Shown: in pieces, positions 9,569 to 18,442 of the stretch | Numbering within the stretch: position 1 is the stretch's first letter | Layout of the letters: each line of letters opens with the position of its first letter | From: a virus | IMG/VR virus record: IMGVR_UViG_3300036790_000366 | Span: 12,384-76,383 of that record | Reading direction: 5' to 3' (one strand) | DNA length: 64,000 nt | Made by a program: the position numbers and the translations under genes | Notes under the pieces: model-generated | Seen by the model: only the letters and a program-made list of their open reading frames with translations | Database searches by the model: none | Told to the model about the DNA's origin: nothing

Positions 9569-12160
9569 TCACACCTGCCCCGGGAACTGCGCACCCATCG
9601 GTGCCTGGTTTATTCCGAACACGGCCACGCTTTGCAGGGACTTCGTGAGGGACTGCGAGGCGGGCTCCGGAGTCGGGTTGTTTATCTGGATGGCACCGGC
9701 CGCGATGGTGACCGTCGTCCCACCGCCGGGAAGGTTTCCACCAGTGCCCAGTCCGGCTCCGAGACGGGAGTTCAGGTCCGCGTTCAGCTTGGTGGACAGG
9801 TCCGTGGTGAACTGCGAGCCGAAGGTGTTCCCGATGTTCTTCGTGAACCCGCCGAGGCTGCTCGCGACCGCGGGGTACTTCGACTCCAGCCCGTCCATGA
9901 AGCCTTGGATGACCATCTGCCCGGAACTGTAGAGGATCGTCTTGTCCTTGCTGGGCGGACCCTTCCAGCTGGGCAGCCATCCGGTCAGGGTCTTCAGGAG
10001 GGAGCTGAGTCCGGGAATCGCGTTCTCGATACCGTTGATGAAGCCCTGTACAAGGTTCCAACCGGCGTTGATAAGAACTTCCGACATGTTGCCCAGCCAG
10101 CTGACCACTTCTCCGGGGAGCTTCGCGAAGAAGGTTCCTACGGTGGCCAGCTTTGAGGCGATCGTGTTGATGAAATTCGTTCCCCATGTTTCCGCACCGC
10201 TGACGACCCGGCCGAAGAAACTTTCCACGTTGGTGACGACACTGCCGAGAGTCTTCAGGAAGAAGTTCTCCACCGCGGTAAGCGGAGCCTCGAAAAGCTT
10301 GACCAGGTATGTCCACCCCATGGAGACCATGTTGCTGACGATGGCCCATGCGCCCTGGAAAATTCCTTCGATGATTTTCCAGAAGCCGGTGAAGACATCT
10401 TCGATCCCCTTCCAGACCAGCGACCACTTGCCGGTGATCAGTCCGAAGAAGATGTCGAAGAGTCCTTCGATGACCTTCAGGCCGCCGCCGAATATTTTCC
10501 CCCATCCGGCGAACATCCCGGTGATGATCGACTCTATGTTCCCGCCGTAAGTCTTCCACGCACTTTCGATGTCCGGCCAGATCCCGATGAACCACTGCTT
10601 CACCTGGGACAGGTCGCCCTCGATGTCCTTGAACGTGGGGAGCAGGTTCTTGTTGACCCAGTCGCGGAAACTGGCGGACTTCTCGTAGAGGGTTACAAAC
10701 CCGACGGCCAGCGCCAGCACGGCAGCGACGGCGGCGCCCATCGGCGTGGCTATGAAGCTCATCAGAGGCCCCAGGGCGGGGCCCAGCTTGCTCGCGGCCA
10801 GTGCCATTAGGCTCAGGTCGGTGGCGACCCCCGTCAGCCCCTCGTGGGTGCTCGTGAAGTTATTCAGGTCCTTCAGCATGTTGTCGAGGAAGGTGAGGAA
10901 CCCTTTGTTCCCGGACTGCTCGCCGAGTGCGCCGACAAGATTGGCGACGAACTTGATGATCTGTCCGAGGATGTTCAGCACCAGCGGACCATCGGTCTCC
11001 ACCGTGGCGATGAACTTCTTGAACCCCGCGGACTGAGCGAGGTGCTGTGCCCAGGTGTCGAAGCTCTGCGTCATCTTGTCGAAGCCGCCGGACATCGAGA
11101 CACCGAGCGGCATGAAGGCGTCGAGGAGGGCGACGATTCCTTCGATGATGTTCAGGACGCCGTTGCCCCAGTCGCTGACGAGAAGCTGGACGTTGTCCGC
11201 CATGTCCTTGAAGAACTTCTGGAACGTGGGGTCGTTCATCCGGCCCGACATGTCCTGAAGTACTTCGTCGATCGCCTCTCCCGCACCGACTGCGGCCGGG
11301 GTCAGGTCTCCGATGGCCTGAGCCAGCAGGCCCATCGCGTCGGTGAGGATCGCCGTGGACTCCGGCTGTATCTCCTTCTGGAAGTCGGCCAGCTGCTGCT
11401 TCAGGAAGACGTACTCAAGAACCACACCCTGCGCGCTCTTGCTCATGGCCTTGAACGCGGCGGAGTTCTTGTCGAGGATTTTTATGCTCTGGTCCATGCT
11501 CTGCGAGTTCAGCAGGGCAGCCTGAGTCGCCGCGTTGAGGCCGGAGTAGAGCGTGCTGACGGACTGGTAGAGCTGGTCCGTGCCGTACGCCACGAGAGCC
11601 ACCGGAGCCAGCATGGTGCCGAAGGCTGACGCCAGCCCCATGGCGCCGCCCACGGTGCTCAGGAGGGCGGCGCTGAGCGGTATGAGCAGGGGCGCCAGCA
11701 TCTTGATGGAGAACTCGAACTTGCTGCTGGACTCCCCTGCGCTGTCCAGCTTCTTCGAGGTGTCGTCCACCTGCTTGCCGAACGTTTTCAGTTCTGTCTC
11801 GGACTCCGCCAGTCCATCGATTTTTATCTTGTAGTCGATGTCGTGCGGGGCGTCTTCGAGTTCCCGGGTCACCATCACGAGGGAGACGATGTCCTCTTCG
11901 CCCTCGATGTTTATCTTGATGTCTACCGTGTAGTCTTTCGCGTCCAGCTCATCCAGGAACGCCTTCAGCTCGTCAAGCTTGTCCTGTCCGTCGATGACGA
12001 CTTCGATGTTGACGCCCTTGTCGCCGATCTCGTCCAGCTTGGCGCCGACTTCGTCCAGCTTCGTTTCCAGCTCGTCCAACTTGTCGATGATGGCACTGAC
12101 GTCTTCGACTATTCCGTCCGGGTCGATCGAAGCTTCGCCGGATACTTCGAAATCCGCCAC
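9569..12160 (-). CDS. Tape measure protein
   Basis: 863 aa, helical, with 11-residue Trp/Phe periodicity; follows the chaperone. Confidence 0.9.
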   Translation of the reverse strand: MADFEVSGEASIDPDGIVEDVSAIIDKLDELETKLDEVGAKLDEIGDKGVNIEVVIDGQDKLDELKAFLDELDAKDYTVDIKINIEGEEDIVSLVMVTRELEDAPHDIDYKIKIDGLAESETELKTFGKQVDDTSKKLDSAGESSSKFEFSIKMLAPLLIPLSAALLSTVGGAMGLASAFGTMLAPVALVAYGTDQLYQSVSTLYSGLNAATQAALLNSQSMDQSIKILDKNSAAFKAMSKSAQGVVLEYVFLKQQLADFQKEIQPESTAILTDAMGLLAQAIGDLTPAAVGAGEAIDEVLQDMSGRMNDPTFQKFFKDMADNVQLLVSDWGNGVLNIIEGIVALLDAFMPLGVSMSGGFDKMTQSFDTWAQHLAQSAGFKKFIATVETDGPLVLNILGQIIKFVANLVGALGEQSGNKGFLTFLDNMLKDLNNFTSTHEGLTGVATDLSLMALAASKLGPALGPLMSFIATPMGAAVAAVLALAVGFVTLYEKSASFRDWVNKNLLPTFKDIEGDLSQVKQWFIGIWPDIESAWKTYGGNIESIITGMFAGWGKIFGGGLKVIEGLFDIFFGLITGKWSLVWKGIEDVFTGFWKIIEGIFQGAWAIVSNMVSMGWTYLVKLFEAPLTAVENFFLKTLGSVVTNVESFFGRVVSGAETWGTNFINTIASKLATVGTFFAKLPGEVVSWLGNMSEVLINAGWNLVQGFINGIENAIPGLSSLLKTLTGWLPSWKGPPSKDKTILYSSGQMVIQGFMDGLESKYPAVASSLGGFTKNIGNTFGSQFTTDLSTKLNADLNSRLGAGLGTGGNLPGGGTTVTIAAGAIQINNPTPEPASQSLTKSLQSVAVFGINQAPMGAQFPGQV

Positions 12161-12197
12161 GCTGCCACCTCCTCTAGCTGTTGCCCTAGCTGCTGCC

Positions 12198-12375
12198 CTA
12201 GCTGTTGGACTTCTGCGTCTCGGCGTAGTGCCGCTTCACCTTGAAGTAGGTGCTCCACATGCGCAGTTCGCTGGACGACAACGGTGCACGTTTTCCGGTG
12301 AGGAGTTCGTGCACCGTCCTGTGAGTCAGCTCCGCGAGCTGGTAGGTGAAGAAGAGCTCATCGCTTTCGAGGAAA
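12198..12375 (-). CDS. Tail assembly chaperone frameshift extension (gpT equivalent, +1 frame)
   Basis: FLESDELFFTYQLAELTHRTVHELL...SSSELRMWSTYF is a typical gpT-like segment; no RBS or start of its own. Confidence 0.65.
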
Positions 12376-12864
12376 TCGACGCTCCCTGGCCTTCTCCGCC
12401 TCTTCCCCCATCCCGGACTTCTCCACGATGCGGTTCGTGATTCGGACGATCGCCCCGGCCGCACGCTGCTGGAGGACGTGGTAGTTCTGCACGTTGACCA
12501 CCGGCTGGACCATACCGGCAATCAGCAGTTCCCGGTTGATGACGTCCGAACGGGTGCCGGACATCTTCACCTGCTTGGTACCCGCCCTCCGGCGGACGTG
12601 GGTCAGCTCCTCCATCGACAGGCCCTTGAGCAGAACGTTGGCCTTCCACTCCTCCACGTAGAACTTCTCCTCCTCCGTGTCGTCCACGGCGGCGAGCTGG
12701 TCCATCGTGATGATGGGCGCGTCCTCGTGCGCGTGCGGGTCCTCCGGAGGAACTCCCGGGATCTCGTCTTCCGGCTCGTCATCTTCGTCGAAGTCGTACT
12801 CGTCGTCGATGTCGTCTTCCGGGAAGTCGATGTCCATCTCTTCTGGAGTGGCAAGCCTGTTCAT
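12358..12864 (-). CDS. Tail assembly chaperone (gpG equivalent) with acidic N-terminus
   Basis: 'EEKFYVEEWKANVLLKGLS...LLIAGMVQP'; between tail tube and tape measure. Confidence 0.75.
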   Translation of the reverse strand: MNRLATPEEMDIDFPEDDIDDEYDFDEDDEPEDEIPGVPPEDPHAHEDAPIITMDQLAAVDDTEEEKFYVEEWKANVLLKGLSMEELTHVRRRAGTKQVKMSGTRSDVINRELLIAGMVQPVVNVQNYHVLQQRAAGAIVRITNRIVEKSGMGEEAEKARERRFPRKR

Positions 12865-12893
12865 GTCTTCGCCCTTGGTGTCGGTGGATTTTC

Positions 12894-13331
12894 TTACTGA
12901 GTCGTGCGCACCGGGGTGCCGGAGTTCTGGAAGTTCGCGGTCCAGACGTAGGCACCGGCGGTGGAGACCTTCTCCTCGAACTTGTCGAAGAAGCCCACGC
13001 CAGTGTAGAGCCCGGTTCCGGTGGTGCCTATTCCGACCGGCGCGTACTCCCACGCGATGGCGTTTCCAGCACCCGTCATGATGAACAGGTTGTAGATCTG
13101 ACTGGAGATGTTCGAGTCGGACGGTCCGGTCAGCGGAATCGACAGGTCGCACAGACCGGCGACGTACGCCTTGAACAGGTTCTTGAACGCGGACACGTCC
13201 GCCTTGTCCCGGGAGAAGCTGAGAGACGTGTCGTTGAGGTACTGCGTGATGGCGATGGCAGTGCCGGGGGTACCGGAAGTACCCACGTAAAAGTCTGCCC
13301 GTGAGCCGTGGGTCGGTGCCAGTGCGGTCAT
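12894..13331 (-). CDS. Major tail tube protein (paralogue 2, 145 aa)
   Basis: Beta-rich tube-type pattern; 'SRDKADVSAFK..FK.YVAG' shared with the upstream gene. Confidence 0.75.
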   Translation of the reverse strand: MTALAPTHGSRADFYVGTSGTPGTAIAITQYLNDTSLSFSRDKADVSAFKNLFKAYVAGLCDLSIPLTGPSDSNISSQIYNLFIMTGAGNAIAWEYAPVGIGTTGTGLYTGVGFFDKFEEKVSTAGAYVWTANFQNSGTPVRTTQ

Positions 13332-13343
13332 TTCAGCTCCTTC

Positions 13344-14102
13344 TTACTTCCTGGAGAACAGGGCGAGGAAGGTCCCCGTGCCCGTCCACGTGACCCGGGT
13401 GTACTGACGGACGGTCCCGGACGGCGCAGTTCCGGCTGCCGGGTACCTGTACGCCCCTGCAACGCTGTTCGTGGGGCTCACCGTGACTCCGGTGACGTTC
13501 GCCCACGTGGCGTTGTCCGCGGAGTCCTGAAGGTTCACCACAAGGCTCGCGACGTCCGAGAAGGCGTGCACCACCAGGACGCAGCCGTTCGTGGAGCTGG
13601 TCGCGCCGTAGTTCGTGGAGCTTCCGTTGCCGCTGCCCACCTGTGTCACCCACGGGGACAGGATCAGGCCGGAGTCGAGGCCGCCGCCGGTCGCGTCCAT
13701 CTGCACTTCCGCGGAGACGACGTTGGCCGAACTGGTCGCCGACTTTATCTCGTACTTCGTGGTCAGTCCGGTGATGGACTTCCCCGTGTTCCCGAACGCT
13801 CCGGCCCCCTGTGCCCCGAGCGGTGCGTAGAACCAGTTGCTGTCCACCGCGGTCGCCGCGGAGAGGTACGAGTACAGCAACGGGTCCTCAGCCGTGGTGT
13901 TGGACGAGTCGTACATCCCCGCAATGGCGACCGTTCCGTCGGCCTCGCCTGCGACGTAGGACTTGAACAACTGCTTGAAGGCGGAGACGTCGGCCTTGTC
14001 GCGGGAGAGCGAGGGGGAGAAGTCGTTGAAGTACTGGCTCACCACCAGACCGTTGACGAGCACGTCGGTGTTTACACCGTGGCTCGGAAGAAGAGCTGTC
14101 AC
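13344..14102 (-). CDS. Tail tube paralogue 1 with C-terminal beta-sandwich extension
   Basis: N-terminal half aligns by eye to 12894..13331; extra ~100 aa. Confidence 0.65.
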   Translation of the reverse strand: MTALLPSHGVNTDVLVNGLVVSQYFNDFSPSLSRDKADVSAFKQLFKSYVAGEADGTVAIAGMYDSSNTTAEDPLLYSYLSAATAVDSNWFYAPLGAQGAGAFGNTGKSITGLTTKYEIKSATSSANVVSAEVQMDATGGGLDSGLILSPWVTQVGSGNGSSTNYGATSSTNGCVLVVHAFSDVASLVVNLQDSADNATWANVTGVTVSPTNSVAGAYRYPAAGTAPSGTVRQYTRVTWTGTGTFLALFSRK

Positions 14103-14272
14103 TGCGGTTCACCTTCTTCCACGCGTTCGATGTTCCCGTGCTCCTGTTCCAGCCGGGTGGCGAGCCTCGGCATGTCGTCGAAGACGTCGCCGGGTTCCAC
14201 ATGGGCGTACAGCCCCGTGCGAGTGCTCGGGTAGTCGATGACGTTCAGTGCCCGGAACTTAGGCTTGGGCAT
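14099..14272 (-). CDS. Small hypothetical protein (57 aa)
   Basis: MPKPKFRALNVIDY...; strong AGGAGG RBS. Confidence 0.6.
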   Translation of the reverse strand: MPKPKFRALNVIDYPSTRTGLYAHVEPGDVFDDMPRLATRLEQEHGNIERVEEGEPQ

Positions 14273-14292
14273 TTCCTCCTCCTTCGCACCCG

Positions 14293-14718
14293 CTACGCAT
14301 CGAAGTACTTCATGACCGTGAACTCCTGCACGTACACCGGCCGGTTGTTCGGGTCCAGCTCCTGCGGCGCGGGGTTCCCCACCGGATCGATGATCATGTA
14401 GAAGACCCCGTTCACGCTCTGGTTCACCACCGTCTTGAGCAGGTTCCAGATGGCCAGGGCATCGGTCTGCGCCTGCCCGTAGCCCTGCTCCTCGGAGACC
14501 CGGTTGGTTATCTTCAGCCGCGGGTTCTCCCAAGCGAAGTGGTTCCCGAAAGTCCTGAACGGCTTGACCCCGGGAAGCTCGTACACGCATACGCACTGGT
14601 CCGGCTCGGTCGGCTGCTGCTCCATGAAGATGTTCCCGGTGGCCGCGGTGACCGACGGGTCGATCCAGGTGCCGATATTCGCCACGACGTACTTCACGAT
14701 ATCCAGGTTCATGGGCAC
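14293..14718 (-). CDS. Tail terminator-like protein
   Basis: 'QPTEPDQCVCVYE.PG' and 'ELDPNNRPVYVQEF'; position. Confidence 0.7.
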   Translation of the reverse strand: MPMNLDIVKYVVANIGTWIDPSVTAATGNIFMEQQPTEPDQCVCVYELPGVKPFRTFGNHFAWENPRLKITNRVSEEQGYGQAQTDALAIWNLLKTVVNQSVNGVFYMIIDPVGNPAPQELDPNNRPVYVQEFTVMKYFDA

Positions 14719-14724
14719 GTCCGG

Positions 14725-15120
14725 TCACCCCCGGGCCAGTTCGTCCAGCTTTTCCGCGGCCCGTTCCTTCAACTTCGGAACAGAGTTCTTCAGCGGCTGC
14801 TCCACGAAGTGCGCCTGCGTCGGCGGATCGTGGTGGTGCTCGTCGATGACTTCCACCGCAGCCGCGTAGTCCACCATCTCCCGGTTGTTCACCGGGGAGT
14901 CGCCGAAGTGGACGGCCCACCCGCCTGCCCTCGACCCTGCACGCAGTTCTCCCGTCCCTGCAAGGGCCCCTGTGGCCTTCGGGACCTTCTCCATGGACTC
15001 CGGGAGCACGACCTGCTCCATGTGGTCCCTGGTGGCCTGTGAGAGGGTGTCGCCGCCCTTGTCCCGCAGACGCTGGAACGCGGCACGGAACTCGCTGAGC
15101 CCGTCCACCTTCAGTCCCAT
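14725..15120 (-). CDS. HK97 gp10-like neck protein
   Basis: 'VPKATGALAGT', 'DYAAAV', 'QAHFVEQPL'. Confidence 0.7.
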   Translation of the reverse strand: MGLKVDGLSEFRAAFQRLRDKGGDTLSQATRDHMEQVVLPESMEKVPKATGALAGTGELRAGSRAGGWAVHFGDSPVNNREMVDYAAAVEVIDEHHHDPPTQAHFVEQPLKNSVPKLKERAAEKLDELARG

Positions 15121-15131
15121 GTCGCCCTCCC

Positions 15132-15521
15132 TCACTCGAAAGTGATCGTCTGTACGAAGATGTTTCCGTACTGGTCCGGGTAAGTCTTCACGAGTCCGAG
15201 CCGTCTGGTCAGACCGGTGAGGTACGCGGGTTCCAGGACTTGTATCTGTTCTTCCGCGCGGATCGGATAGGCGTCCGTGCCACCGACCGGGATCGACAGC
15301 ACGTAGGCGATGTACGGGAACTTGTCCGTGGAACTGGCTACGGTCCAGTCCGTTCCCTCGTTCGGTTGTATCAGGCAGTTGTACGTCCGGATCTCGGAGG
15401 GGTCTGTGGTGACGACCCTCTTCGAGTAGGCGTCGTGCCCGCCGGTGTAGGTGGAAACTTGTATCTGGTGGTGCGCGTCGATCAGGAATGCGGCTTGTGC
15501 GTTGATCAGTTCGCTGGCCAT
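15132..15521 (-). CDS. Head-tail stopper / closure protein
   Basis: 129 aa beta-rich; follows the adaptor. Confidence 0.55.
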   Translation of the reverse strand: MASELINAQAAFLIDAHHQIQVSTYTGGHDAYSKRVVTTDPSEIRTYNCLIQPNEGTDWTVASSTDKFPYIAYVLSIPVGGTDAYPIRAEEQIQVLEPAYLTGLTRRLGLVKTYPDQYGNIFVQTITFE

Positions 15522-15528
15522 CAGCCGC

Positions 15529-16002
15529 TCACGGGTAGGTGTACAGCGGAGGGAGGTCGGCGGGCGGCCAGAAGACGGACGTCGCGGGGAAGTCGTCCAT
15601 GCCCACCTTGAAGATGTGCTGCGGTCCGCCGTTCCCGCAGTTCGTGTCCTGGTACCCGTTCTGGTTCTGCGGGTAGAAAACCACCGACGCACCGGCCCAG
15701 CGCGACGCGGTCTGCATGAGCGACTGCGCCAGCGCCTGATAGAAGGGGACCGCCTGACCGCGCTGGATATTCAGCGGGCCGATGCGGGTGTTCTGAATCT
15801 TCGCCCAGTAGGCAGCAATGACCTGGCAGCACTCGGCGGCAGCGAGGAACACGTTCGACTGCTGCGACAGCGTCCAGTTTATTTCCTCGTCTGCGAGGCG
15901 GACGATGCCAGTCGTCATGTCGGTGTCCTGGCACAGGAACCGGACCGCGTCCTTCAGAGAACTGTTCGGGTCGAAGGAGTACGTGTACGTGCCCGGCATC
16001 AT
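15529..16002 (-). CDS. Head-tail adaptor
   Basis: 'DAVRFLCQDTD...LADEEINW.L...AAAECC'. Confidence 0.7.
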   Translation of the reverse strand: MMPGTYTYSFDPNSSLKDAVRFLCQDTDMTTGIVRLADEEINWTLSQQSNVFLAAAECCQVIAAYWAKIQNTRIGPLNIQRGQAVPFYQALAQSLMQTASRWAGASVVFYPQNQNGYQDTNCGNGGPQHIFKVGMDDFPATSVFWPPADLPPLYTYP

Positions 16003-16011
16003 CCACCTCCT

Positions 16012-16422
16012 CTACGTGACTGGCTGGCTGCTCGGAAAAGCGGTGTAGTTCCTCGTTATCGCAACACCGCTCAGTGTCACCCCAGTGGCGTCCTGGTAGC
16101 ACCCCGCCAGAAAAGACTCAACAGCAGACTGGATGCCGGAAGAAAGACCTGAAACCAACGTGTCCAGCTGAGAGACGGTTGGGGTGTTGAAAACGTGGCC
16201 GTCACCGACTCCGGCAATCTGAACAGAATCGGAGTCACCGAACACACCAGCCTGCGGGGCGTCCGACGTCTCAATGTTCGGAGCGATCTGGACATTCACA
16301 GAAAACCCGTTCGGGCTTCCGCCGTCTTCCGAGTCTACCGCTACAAAACTCAGCGTAACGTTGTAGTACAGGCCAGTGGTCAACAGACCAAGGCCGCTCT
16401 CGTTCTCAACTACAACGCTCAC
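16012..16422 (-). CDS. Hypothetical protein with lower-GC codon usage
   Basis: GTG start overlaps the previous stop; many A/T-ending codons. Confidence 0.55.
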   Translation of the reverse strand: MSVVVENESGLGLLTTGLYYNVTLSFVAVDSEDGGSPNGFSVNVQIAPNIETSDAPQAGVFGDSDSVQIAGVGDGHVFNTPTVSQLDTLVSGLSSGIQSAVESFLAGCYQDATGVTLSGVAITRNYTAFPSSQPVT

Positions 16423-17084
16423 GAGTTGGCCACTCCCATCAAGGGCAAGAACGCCATGGCAGACGTGCTCCCAGGGATGGCAATGGACGCCGGAAAACTT
16501 GTCTGAGTTCCGTTGGTGTAGCCCTGACTGATCGCTACGCCCTTGATGTTCAGGGTATTCGCCGTGATGGTAGCTGCGTAGCAGTTCGGTTCCGTGGTGA
16601 ACGTCGCGATGAACGACGCGTACAGATACCCCGGGGCGGAACTGACCGGAGCCGTCAGGGTTCCCTCGTAGTACTTCGAAGCACCGGAGGTGACCCACGC
16701 CGCGCCGGTGTCCGCGCCGGTGTCGGCCAGCTTCGTCATCGCAGCAGCACCCGGGACGTAGCTGTACACGGCCAGACCGGAATAGGTTCCCGGGGTTGCC
16801 AGCACGGCGGCGCCGAGGTGCAGGCCTACCTTGTTGATGGCGTTGTTGTTGTTCGCGTTCAGGTTGCACGGGTTCGACAAGCGAACAAGGTACTGCGTGC
16901 CGGAGACGAGCGCCTGCGTGATGGTGCTGACGTCCATCGGGTCGATGGACCAGCCGAGAAGTCCGAAGTCGCCCGGCAGCGGGCCCATCGGAATTGCTTC
17001 CGGGTTGTTCTGCACGATCTTCCGGAACGGAGTCTGACCGCCGCCGGAGTTCACGTAGACATCGAAAGCTGACTGCTTGGGCAT
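16419..17084 (-). CDS. Putative virion decoration protein (beta-rich)
   Basis: 221 aa Ala/Gly/Thr-rich, in the head-neck region. Confidence 0.5.
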   Translation of the reverse strand: MPKQSAFDVYVNSGGGQTPFRKIVQNNPEAIPMGPLPGDFGLLGWSIDPMDVSTITQALVSGTQYLVRLSNPCNLNANNNNAINKVGLHLGAAVLATPGTYSGLAVYSYVPGAAAMTKLADTGADTGAAWVTSGASKYYEGTLTAPVSSAPGYLYASFIATFTTEPNCYAATITANTLNIKGVAISQGYTNGTQTSFPASIAIPGSTSAMAFLPLMGVANS

Positions 17085-17303
17085 TTACGCCTCCGACTTG
17101 TCGAAGGTCAGCGTGAAGTGGTCGCCGTTGTTCCAGTCAGCCGCGACCTCGTCCAGCACCGTCATGCTCAGGCTCAGAGCAGGCGTGTACTTCGCCCACT
17201 CCTTGTTCTGGCCGTCGGCGTAGTCGGCGTTGAAGTCCAGCGTCGTCTGACCGTCGCTGGATTCCGACTTCCTCCACAAGAAAATCTTCGCGGTGGTGGC
17301 CAT
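17085..17303 (-). CDS. Small conserved-type phage protein (72 aa)
   Basis: 'NKEWAKYTPALSLSMTV' recurs in small phage proteins. Confidence 0.6.
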   Translation of the reverse strand: MATTAKIFLWRKSESSDGQTTLDFNADYADGQNKEWAKYTPALSLSMTVLDEVAADWNNGDHFTLTFDKSEA

Positions 17304-17821
17304 TACGCTTCCACCTTCCCGCCGCCGCCGCCGGTCTCGATGGCCGCCGCTAGCTCGCCCTGGTACCCGGGCTGGAGCGCGTCCCACGTGGGGGACGGAC
17401 GGGCGGCCGGGTCGAGCGCCACCCGCTCCGGGAAGGAGACGAGCTGCGTTTCGATCTGCTTGGCCAGCCAGGAATCCGGAACCGACGGGTCGGAAGTCGG
17501 CGTGTATTCCTTGTCACCCGGCTTGAACGAGTAGCGCTGCTGGTCCCCGGAATGGGTGACTTCGTACACTTCCCACTCGGAGTTGCTCCGCGGGTAGGAG
17601 TCGTGCCGCGTGTGCACCACGGAACCGTCCGGCATGACCACGTGCTGACCGGCGTCGTCGTTCACGACCACCGGACCGGTCGGTGCTTCCGCCTCCGGGT
17701 CCTCTTCCTCGTCCTCCGCGGGGGCTTCCGGCGCCTCCGCCCCCTCTTCGGTGGTCTCGGTCTCCGGCTCTTCCTCCGGGGCCTCTACGGGCTCCTGCGG
17801 GGCTTCGGTCGTGTCGGTCAT
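17303..17821 (-). CDS. Acidic hypothetical protein
   Basis: Glu/Pro-rich N-terminus; RBS present. Confidence 0.6.
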   Translation of the reverse strand: MTDTTEAPQEPVEAPEEEPETETTEEGAEAPEAPAEDEEEDPEAEAPTGPVVVNDDAGQHVVMPDGSVVHTRHDSYPRSNSEWEVYEVTHSGDQQRYSFKPGDKEYTPTSDPSVPDSWLAKQIETQLVSFPERVALDPAARPSPTWDALQPGYQGELAAAIETGGGGGKVEA

Positions 17822-17824
17822 GGC

Positions 17825-18430
17825 CTATCCCTTCTTCCTCAGAACCTTCGTCGGAGCCTTGCGGTTCTCTCCGACGTTCGGGAGGTTCGTGGTGTTGCGG
17901 ACGGTGGGGAGCGCGGCGGGGCGCGGCATCCCGGTGTGCTTGGACTTCACGCCGCCGAGGTCGATCTTCTCCACGATGGTCTTCTCACCGGTGGGGTCGA
18001 ATTCCTCCGTGGGCTTGGCGGCAGGGGCCTGAGCCTTCCCCTGCTTGGCCAGAAGTTCGGCACGGCGTGCGTCCAGCTCTGCGATTTCCTCGGCGATGGT
18101 CTGCGCGGCGAACTTCTCCGCGTCCTGCGCGGCAACCCGCTCCGCGTACTCCGCCAACCACCGGTCGAGCTCCGACTGATTGATGTAGACGGGTTCGAGC
18201 AGCTGCTGACGCAGGTACATGCCGATGTTCTTCCACGACTGCGCCTCGGGAACGTAGTCCCCGAAGACCCGGTCGTGCGCGCCGACGCCGTCCCCGTCGG
18301 CCACCAGGAGCTTGGTCAGCGCCTTGTAGCACTTGATGGTGGGGTCGTTGCTCGGGACGGCACGGGGCTTCGCCGGTCGAACTGCGGCCGCCCCGGGCTT
18401 CCGCGGCTTCTTCAAAGTCTTCTCGGTCAT
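17825..18430 (-). CDS. Hypothetical protein downstream of the major capsid gene
   Basis: 201 aa with basic termini. Confidence 0.6.
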   Translation of the reverse strand: MTEKTLKKPRKPGAAAVRPAKPRAVPSNDPTIKCYKALTKLLVADGDGVGAHDRVFGDYVPEAQSWKNIGMYLRQQLLEPVYINQSELDRWLAEYAERVAAQDAEKFAAQTIAEEIAELDARRAELLAKQGKAQAPAAKPTEEFDPTGEKTIVEKIDLGGVKSKHTGMPRPAALPTVRNTTNLPNVGENRKAPTKVLRKKG

Positions 18431-18442
18431 GTTCTTCGGTCC

